Of a stretch of DNA of 64,000 bases, positions 40,024 through 47,400 are shown piece after piece. This DNA comes from Clostridia bacterium (lineage in GTDB: Bacteria > Bacillota > Clostridia > TANB77 > CAG-508). The stretch's first letter is position 1, and each line of letters opens with the position of its first letter. Location: the NCBI GenBank assembly GCA_022790575.1, contig JAAVXM010000050.1:5515-69514 (forward strand). Direction: 5' to 3'. The position numbers and the translations under genes were made by a program. The notes beneath the pieces are model-generated. The model was not told where the DNA came from. It did not search any database and saw only the letters and a list, made by a program, of their open reading frames with translations.

Positions 40024-40098
40024 TGGCTGGGCTGGTGGGATTCGAACACACGCATGCCAGAGTCAAAGTCTGGTGCCTTACCGCTTGGCTACAGCCCA
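40024..40098 (-). tRNA. tRNA-Gln (anticodon UUG), CCA encoded
   Basis: The minus-strand sequence TGGGCTGTAGCCAAGCGGTAAGGCACCAGACTTTGACTCTGGCATGCGTGTGTTCGAATCCCACCAGCCCAGCCA folds as a cloverleaf. The anticodon loop is CTTTGAC and the T-loop is GTTCGAATC. Confidence 0.95.
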
Positions 40099-40116
40099 AT
40101 GTTTAAATTTTTAAGA

Positions 40117-40194
40117 TGGGGTGGAAGATGGGACTCGAACCCACGATCTCCAGTGCCACAAACTGGCGCGTTAACCAGCTACGCCACATCCACC
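40117..40194 (-). tRNA. tRNA-His (anticodon GUG) with encoded G-1 and CCA
   Basis: Minus-strand sequence GGTGGATGTGGCGTAGCTGGTTAACGCGCCAGTTTGTGGCACTGGAGATCGTGGGTTCGAGTCCCATCTTCCACCCCA. The anticodon loop is TTGTGGC. There is an extra 5' G opposite C73, and one U-U mismatch in the acceptor stem. Confidence 0.95.
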
Positions 40195-40226
40195 TTGTTT
40201 CAGTTCATTTCGTGAACACATATATT

Positions 40227-40255
40227 ATTTTAATATGAATTTTACAATTTGTCAA
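40227..40255 (-). promoter_or_regulatory. SigA-type promoter for the tRNA-His/tRNA-Gln pair
   Basis: Minus strand: TTGACA (40250-40255), 17-nt spacer, TAAAAT (40227-40232). It lies about 30 nt upstream of the tRNA-His 5' end. Confidence 0.65.
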
Positions 40256-40414
40256 GATTTTTATTAAATTTAATTTCATCATTTATAAAAATTGTTGTTT
40301 AATATTATTATCTTGATTAATAATTTCAAAAAGAACTAAGCTTTGCCTAGTTCTTCTTGAGAAAAAATTTAAGTTGTGAGCATTATCATTATATCCATTT
40401 TTATAGAAAAAATA

Positions 40415-41317
40415 CTATTCACCTTTTCCTTCTGGTAAAGCATTAGGCAATTCAACTTTTATTCTAATTCTGAATACATATGTTACAGCTTTTATTAACT
40501 TGCTGTTTTTAAACTTCTGCCATAATGATACTTTTTTATCAAAAGAAACTGATTCTTCATATTCTTGTATCTCTTTATTTATTTGTTCTTCTTCATTTAC
40601 TTCAATTACTTGAGGAGTAACTTTATTTTCTACTTCATCGTCTCCTATTATTACATCTTCACTTTGTATTTCCGCAGACATCTCTACTGGTTTTGGTATA
40701 ACTTTTAGTGCATCTGCTACTTCTATTCCAATATAGCTTAAAGCTTTTGATCTGTCTTCAAGTCTTTCCATATCAATTTCAATGTGTAAATTTGTCTCTA
40801 AGTTATTAACTCTAGCATTTAAAAGTTTTAATGCATCTTGATAGTTTTGACTTTGCTTATTTTTGTCTTTTCCTACTAGTCTAAGTGTTTCTATTACTTC
40901 TTCTGAAAATATTCCTTCTGCCTCTGCTTCTTTAACTTTATCTTTCCAGTTGTCTTCCTTATATTCTGCTGCATCTATTAAATCTTTTAACTTTCCTGCT
41001 AAAGCAATGTTTTCTTCTCTTTGTCTAATTAGTTCTTCTACTTTTTTAGTATTTTCTTCAAATTGATTTGTGGCATATTCAACTAGTTCATATGCTGCAT
41101 CATATACACTTATTGGAAAGTTTTTCTTTTTTGGATATTCTATTAAATAAGCTTTTATTGATTCAATTAAGTCTTTGAAGTATGTGTCATCTTCTAATTG
41201 AATGATTTGCTTTTTACTATTTGGATTTATCATTTTTTGAACTTTATCTATATTTGATAGTATTTTTTCTTCTGTGATTACCATTCTCACATTTACTATG
41301 CCTGATTTCCTAGACAT
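40415..41317 (-). CDS. Hypothetical acidic coiled-coil protein
   Basis: 300-aa ORF with strong RBS AAGGAGGA. It is Glu/Lys-rich with predicted helical heptads. No recognisable family motif. Confidence 0.6.
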   Translation of the reverse strand: MSRKSGIVNVRMVITEEKILSNIDKVQKMINPNSKKQIIQLEDDTYFKDLIESIKAYLIEYPKKKNFPISVYDAAYELVEYATNQFEENTKKVEELIRQREENIALAGKLKDLIDAAEYKEDNWKDKVKEAEAEGIFSEEVIETLRLVGKDKNKQSQNYQDALKLLNARVNNLETNLHIEIDMERLEDRSKALSYIGIEVADALKVIPKPVEMSAEIQSEDVIIGDDEVENKVTPQVIEVNEEEQINKEIQEYEESVSFDKKVSLWQKFKNSKLIKAVTYVFRIRIKVELPNALPEGKGE

Positions 41318-41412
41318 GCAAATTCCTCCTTTTTCCTGTGTAGTCTATCTTCAAATTCTATTATAGTATATACCATTTTCCGTAAAACTACAAGTTTTTT
41401 GACGTTTTTTTA

Positions 41413-41461
41413 TATTACATTTTTATTACAAAAATATTACAAATGTAATATTTTTGTAATA
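41413..41461. repeat. Phased heptamer array: TATTACA x3 direct, then TGTAATA x2 inverted, all at 11-bp spacing. It includes a perfect 17-bp inverted repeat.
   Basis: TATTACA at 41413, 41424 and 41435. TGTAATA at 41444 and 41455. Inverted repeat ATTACAAAAATATTACA (41425-41441) / TGTAATATTTTTGTAAT (41444-41460) with a 2-nt spacer. Confidence 0.5.
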
Positions 41462-41481
41462 TTTCGAAAAAGGTTTTAAAA

Positions 41482-43200
41482 TTAATTTGCAAATATCTTC
41501 TTCAATTCCTCATGTCTCTTAACTTTCAGCGTTGTTGTTTTTATTAATTCTTCTTCTGTTATAATCATTTCTCTGATATATTTATATTTTGGCATTAGAT
41601 TGTTAACTTCTTTTACCTTTTGCCATAAAAAGTCTTTTATATCTTCTTCTCCCTCAATATTATAAAGTTCTTTTATTAATTCTTTGTCATAAACAATTTT
41701 AACACAAACCTTTACATCTCCATCTTGCTCTGTTTTTTCATATACAAATGACTCTTTTATTCCTTCTACCTTATTTAGTAATGTTTCAATTTCTTCTGGG
41801 AATACATTTTTACCATTTTTCAATACTATTACATTTTTCTTTCTTCCCATTATATAAATATATCCGTCTTTATCTATTTTCCCTAGGTCTCCAGTATGTA
41901 ACCACCCATCTGGTTCAATTGTTGATTTTGTGGCTTCTTCATTTTCGTAATAACCTAGCATTATGCTATCACCTTTTGCTAATAATTCTCCTATTCCTTC
42001 TTCATTTGGGTCTTCAATTTTTACTTCTACACTTGGCATCTTTCTTCCAATTGAACCAAGTCTTCGTTCTCTAGTTATTTCTGCTGCAATTACTGGTGCT
42101 GTTTCTGTTAATCCATATCCTTGTACTAAATCAATTCCTAAATTGTTAAATCCTTTTTCTGTTTCTGGGTCGAGCGCAGCTCCTCCAGCAACAGCAACTA
42201 CTAATTCTCCACCTAAACTTTCATGTATTTCATGGAATATTTTTTTTCTAATGTCAATCTTTAACTTTAATAGCGCTTGTGTTATTTTTATTCCTTTTTC
42301 TACTTTTGGCAGTTTTCCACTTTTTTCTATTGTTTTCATTATTTTTCTGTATATTACATCAAATACTGCTGGTACTGAAATCATGGCTGTTATTTTAAAT
42401 TCTTTCATGTTATCTGCCATGTGTTTTACTCCTTCACAAAAACATAAACATGACCCTATTGATATAGGATATAAAAATCCAACTGTACATTCAAATACAT
42501 GGTGTAAAGGCAAGAATGACAAGAATCTATTGTTTTCATCTAACTGAAATCTTTGAGCTATGTCCATTATGTTTGTAACTATATTTTTGTGTGACAACAT
42601 TACTGCTTTTGACATTGCTGTTGTTCCTGATGTAAATAACATTATTCCCATTTCATCATTATTTATTTGGGCATCTATATATTCTCTGTTTCCTTCTTCT
42701 ATAAGTTTTTTCCCTTTTTCTACCAATTTATTCTGAGCATATATTCCTTCATCATTTTCTTTTAAATCCATTGATATGAAATATTTTAAATTTGTATTTT
42801 TCTTTTCTCTTAATTCATTCATTACTTTTTCATATTTCTCTGAATAAAATATAGCATCTACTTGAGACCTAAGTATTAAACTTTCTATTTCATTGTCTGG
42901 TAAAGCTTTGTCTAATGGTACTACTATTCCTGTTCCAGCAACAATAGCCAAATATGCAAGTTCCCATTCATATCTGTTTTCTGAAATTACAGCTATTCTT
43001 TTATCTTTTAATCCCATATCAACTAATGCTGTCCCTAATGCGTTTATTTGACTTCTAAATTCTTTATGCGTAATTATTCTAAATTCTCCCTCTGTTTCAG
43101 TCTTAAACATATATGCAGGTCTTTCCCCATATGCTTCTCCTGATTTTATTAACATGTCCTTTAAGTCAATAAATTCCATTTTATTATTTTCTGTTTTCAT
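41482..43200 (-). CDS. Long-chain acyl-CoA synthetase (AMP-binding, FadD-like)
   Basis: AMP-binding motif MLFTSGTTAMSKAVMLSH. Also GYGLTETAP, HTGDLG and MGRKKNVIVLKNGKNVFPEEIE. Confidence 0.85.
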   Translation of the reverse strand: MKTENNKMEFIDLKDMLIKSGEAYGERPAYMFKTETEGEFRIITHKEFRSQINALGTALVDMGLKDKRIAVISENRYEWELAYLAIVAGTGIVVPLDKALPDNEIESLILRSQVDAIFYSEKYEKVMNELREKKNTNLKYFISMDLKENDEGIYAQNKLVEKGKKLIEEGNREYIDAQINNDEMGIMLFTSGTTAMSKAVMLSHKNIVTNIMDIAQRFQLDENNRFLSFLPLHHVFECTVGFLYPISIGSCLCFCEGVKHMADNMKEFKITAMISVPAVFDVIYRKIMKTIEKSGKLPKVEKGIKITQALLKLKIDIRKKIFHEIHESLGGELVVAVAGGAALDPETEKGFNNLGIDLVQGYGLTETAPVIAAEITRERRLGSIGRKMPSVEVKIEDPNEEGIGELLAKGDSIMLGYYENEEATKSTIEPDGWLHTGDLGKIDKDGYIYIMGRKKNVIVLKNGKNVFPEEIETLLNKVEGIKESFVYEKTEQDGDVKVCVKIVYDKELIKELYNIEGEEDIKDFLWQKVKEVNNLMPKYKYIREMIITEEELIKTTTLKVKRHEELKKIFAN

Positions 43201-43214
43201 TATAATCTCCTCTT

Positions 43215-43784
43215 TTATTTTATTCTTAAACCATTTATCACTGTATTTTCATATTCATGATATAATTTCATTATTTCCATCTTGTTCTCTTCTCTTTTTT
43301 TATATACTAATGTAGAACATATTAGTCCATAGATTTCTGATGCTATTGCACGTGAATCTCCTTGTTTTATTTCACCTATTTTTATACCTTCTTGTACAAT
43401 CTTCTCAATCTTGCTTATATATTCATATACAAGGTTTTGGCATCTTTTATTTCTTTCTTCTTTTCCCCAAAATTGGCTCAATAGTATTGTTATTATATCT
43501 TCATATTTGGCAACAATCTTTATCTGTATTAATACTATTGCCTTTATTTTATCTATATAATTACTATGCTTTGCTGTTTTTATATCTATACTATTTTGTA
43601 ATAACTTTATTCCTTCTTCTATTAAGAAATTAAATATTTCTTCTTTGCTCGAAAAGTGATAGTATAAAGTTCCTTTTGCTACTCCAACTGTTGCTGTTAT
43701 TTCTTCTATACTTGTTGCTTCATATCCTTTTTCTGCAAATAGTCTCATTGATGTTTCAAATATCTTTCTTTTGGTTTTATTCAT
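43215..43784 (-). CDS. TetR/AcrR-family transcriptional regulator (probable operon with the acyl-CoA ligase)
   Basis: N-terminal HTH RKIFETSMRLFAEKGYEATSIEEITATVGVAKGTLYYHFSSKEEI. Confidence 0.85.
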   Translation of the reverse strand: MNKTKRKIFETSMRLFAEKGYEATSIEEITATVGVAKGTLYYHFSSKEEIFNFLIEEGIKLLQNSIDIKTAKHSNYIDKIKAIVLIQIKIVAKYEDIITILLSQFWGKEERNKRCQNLVYEYISKIEKIVQEGIKIGEIKQGDSRAIASEIYGLICSTLVYKKREENKMEIMKLYHEYENTVINGLRIK

Positions 43785-43818
43785 TTACTTCACCCATTAT
43801 TTATATTTTTACTTTTAT

Positions 43819-43847
43819 ATTATATAATCTCATCACTATTTTTGCAA
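43819..43847 (-). promoter_or_regulatory. SigA-type promoter of the tetR-acyl-CoA ligase operon
   Basis: Minus strand: TTGCAA (43842-43847), 17 nt, TATAAT (43819-43824). It lies about 35 nt upstream of the TetR ATG. Confidence 0.5.
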
Positions 43848-43925
43848 GATTTATTTTTTTGTTAGAATTATTAGTCAAATTTATTTTATGTATTCTCTTT
43901 TGGTTTACGTTTTTTAATATTATTT

Positions 43926-44019
43926 TTATCCACAGCATGTGGATAATGTGGATAACTCTGTGAATAACTTTAAATAGGCACTTTTTTTTCACACTTTATT
44001 CACATTAAATTGTTGATAA
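43926..44019. promoter_or_regulatory. DnaA-box cluster (3 perfect and 3 single-mismatch 9-mers within 94 bp)
   Basis: Perfect boxes: TTATCCACA at 43926-43934, and TGTGGATAA at 43938-43946 and 43947-43955. One-mismatch boxes: TGTGAATAA at 43959-43967, TTATTCACA at 43996-44004, TGTTGATAA at 44011-44019. Confidence 0.65.
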
Positions 44020-44078
44020 TTTATTTTACATTTATTTGCAATTTTTATCTTTGTTTTATGTAACCGTTAAAGTTAATT

Positions 44079-44381
44079 TTACATTAATTTAAAATAAATT
44101 ACTAAAATCACTTCCAATATAAAGATTGCAGGCAATCCAACTGTAAATTTTAGTTTTTTTGTTTTATGCCTAAATGTATACATTCCAGCAATTGTACCTA
44201 TTCCCCCACCTATAATTGTTATTAAAAGCAATGTGTTTTCTGGTATTCTCCATTTCCCCCATTTTGCTCTTCTTTTGTCTGACCACATAATATAAAAACC
44301 TATTAAATTTATTACTATTAAATATATTATTATATTTTTTATTGTAAATATTTCACTTAATGAAATTGAACTTTCTATCAT
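44079..44381 (-). CDS. DUF1294 membrane protein
   Basis: MWSDKRRAKWGKWRIPENTLLLITIIGGGIGTIAGMYTFRHKTKKLKF matches the DUF1294 signature. Confidence 0.8.
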   Translation of the reverse strand: MIESSISLSEIFTIKNIIIYLIVINLIGFYIMWSDKRRAKWGKWRIPENTLLLITIIGGGIGTIAGMYTFRHKTKKLKFTVGLPAIFILEVILVIYFKLM

Positions 44382-44426
44382 ACCAACTTGTCAAGAAAAA
44401 ACTTGACTCCCCTTTCTGTATATATT

Positions 44427-47400
44427 TTATCCAAATAAACTTATTTGATTACTTTGACTCATTCCTTCTAAACATCCAAAGCTTTTTAATAATTCTGTAA
44501 CTGAGTCTCCAATCCTAGCACGATTTTTCATATCATCTATTGACATGAACTTTTCCTTATCTCTAGCACTAACTATATTTTCTGCTGCTATTGTTCCAAG
44601 TCCTGCAATACTATTTAATGGTGGTCTTAGATATTCACCTTCAATTTTGAATTTAGTTGCATCAGATTTGTATAAATCTATTGGTAAAAACTTGAAGCCT
44701 CTCTCATACATTTCTAACACTAATTCTAAGTCATCATACATATCTTTGTCTTTTGGAGTTGCATTGTTTCCCATCATGTCTATTTCTTTCATCTTATTTT
44801 TTACTTTTTCTTTTCCATTTATCATAACTTCTGCATCAAATGCTTTTGCTCTTATTGAATAATATGCAGCATAATATGCAAGAGGTATATGTACTTTAAA
44901 CCATGCTATTCTAAATGCATTTGTAACATATGCTGCAGCATGTGCCTTTGGAAACATGTATTTTATTTTTTCACATGATTTTATATACCAATCTGGTACA
45001 TCATTTTCTTTCATTAATTCTATGTATTGAGACCATTTGTCCTCTTTTCCTTTAGCAACTTTACCCTTACGCACAGACTCCATTATTTTGAATGCTTTAT
45101 CTGATGGAAGACCTTTCTTTATTAAATAAATCATAATGTCATCTCTACAACATATTGCTTCTTGAAGAGTTACTATACCTTCTTCAATTAGAGTTTTAGC
45201 ATTGCCAACCCATACATCTGTACCATGTGATAAACCAGACAAACGAATTAACTCATCAAATGTTGTTGGATGTGTATCTAAAAGCATGCCTCGTGCAAAT
45301 TTTGTACCATATTCAGGTATTCCAAATGTTCCTACTTCTGAATTTATTTGCTCAGGCGTAACTCCTAATGCATCTGTTGAATTAAATATCGACATTGTTT
45401 CTTTATCATCTAATGGTATTTCCGTTGGTGCTATTCCTGTTAAGTCTTGTAGCATACGTATTACTGTAGGGTCGTCGTGTCCTAGTATATCAAGTTTTAA
45501 TAAATTACCATCTATTGAGTGATAATCAAAATGTGTTGTAATAATATCTGATGTTGCATCATCTGCTGGATGTTGTACAGGTGTAAATTCGTATATTTCT
45601 CTTCCTTTTGGTACTACTATAATTCCTCCTGGATGCTGACCTGTTGTTCTTTTTATCCCTGTACATCCTACTGATAACCTTGAAACTTCTGCTTTGTTTA
45701 CTGGTATATTTCTTTCTTCATAATATTTTTTTACATATCCAAATGCTGTTTTGTCTGCAACTGTACCTACAGTTCCTGCTTTAAATGTTGTTCCTTTTCC
45801 AAATATTATTTCTGTATATTTATGTGCTTTTGCTTGATATTCTCCTGAAAAGTTTAAGTCTATATCTGGTTCTTTATCTCCATTAAATCCTAAGAATGTT
45901 TCAAATGGAATATCCATTCCATCTTTTTCTAACTTATTTCCACATTTAGGACATTCTTTGTCTGGTAAATCAAAACCATTTCCAACTCCATAATCTTCAA
46001 ATTCTGAATATTTACAATTTGAACATCTGTAATGTGGTTGTAATGAATTAACTTCTGTTATTCCTGTCATATATGCAACTAATGATGAACCTACAGAACC
46101 TCTTGAACCTACTATATATCCATCTTCATTTGATTTCCATACTAACTTTTGAGCTATAATATACATTACTGAATATCCATTACTTATAATTGAATTTAAT
46201 TCTCTATCAAGTCTTGTTTGTACAATTTCTGGTAATTCTTCTCCATATAATTCATGTGCTTTGTCATATGCAATATTTTTTATATCTTCTTCACATCCTG
46301 GTATATGTGGTGGACATTTTTCTGGTGAAATTGGACTTATTCTATCACACATATCTGCAACTTTATTTGTATTTGTTACTACAACTTCATATGCCTTTTC
46401 TTCTCCTAAATAACTGAATTCTTGTAGCATTTCTTCTGTTGTTCTTAAATACAATGGAGCTTGATTGTCTGCATCTTTATATCCTTGTCCCGCTTCTAAA
46501 ATACGTCTATATATTTCATCTTGTGGGTCCATAAAATGTACATCACATGTTGCAACAACTATTTTACCTAGTTTGTCTCCTAGTTCTACAATTTTTCTAT
46601 TTATGTCTTTTAAATATTCTCTATCTGGCACTTTTCCTTCTCTTACTAAAAATTCGTTATTACCTATTGGTTGAATTTCTAAATAATCATAATCTTTCGC
46701 TATATTTTCTATTTCTTCATCAGATTTTCCTAGTTCTATTGCTTGATATAGTTCTCCAGCTTCACATGCACTTCCTAATATTAATCCTTCTGAATATTTT
46801 TTATATAAACTTTTTAATATACGTGGTTTTTTATAAAAATAATCTAAATGTGATAAAGAAACTAATTTGTATAAGTTTTTTAGCCCTACATAGTTTTTTG
46901 CTAAAATTATTGCATGATATGTATTTAATTTTTTATATTCATCTTTTATAGTTTTTTCATCTCTTCCTTTTGTGTCAATTTCATCTAATGTTCTTATATC
47001 TTTATTTTTTAGCATTTCTATCATTACATTAAAAACTTTTACTGTAGTATCTACATCATCTAATGCCCTATGTGCTACTTTTACAACAATTCCTAACTCA
47101 TCTGCTATTTTTCCTAGTTTGTATTTTTTTAAATTCGGGAAAAGGTCTTTTGCAAGTGAAAGAGTGTCAATACATGTATAATCAAATTCTAGACCAAGTA
47201 CTTTTGCATTATGCTTTAAAAAACCAACATCAAATCCCGCATTATGCGCTACTACTACTGAGTCTCCTAAAAATTCTAGGATTTTTGGAAATACCTTATC
47301 TATTGTCTCTGCATCTTTAACCATTTCATCTGTTATATTTGTTACATCTACAACTCTTTGAGGAATTGGTTTTTCTGGATTTACAAAACAACTAAATTCA

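Noticed and set aside
39902-40099. 65-aa minus-strand ORF MGCSQAVRHQTLTLACV...
   Set aside because: It reads straight through tRNA-Gln. It is an artefact of the GC-rich tRNA sequence.
43926-44019. Chromosomal replication origin (oriC).
   Set aside because: There is no dnaA or dnaN nearby and no switch of gene orientation across the site (genes on both sides are on the minus strand). I saw no obvious DnaA-trio or 13-mer unwinding element. It is kept as a non-origin DnaA-box cluster pending a skew analysis.
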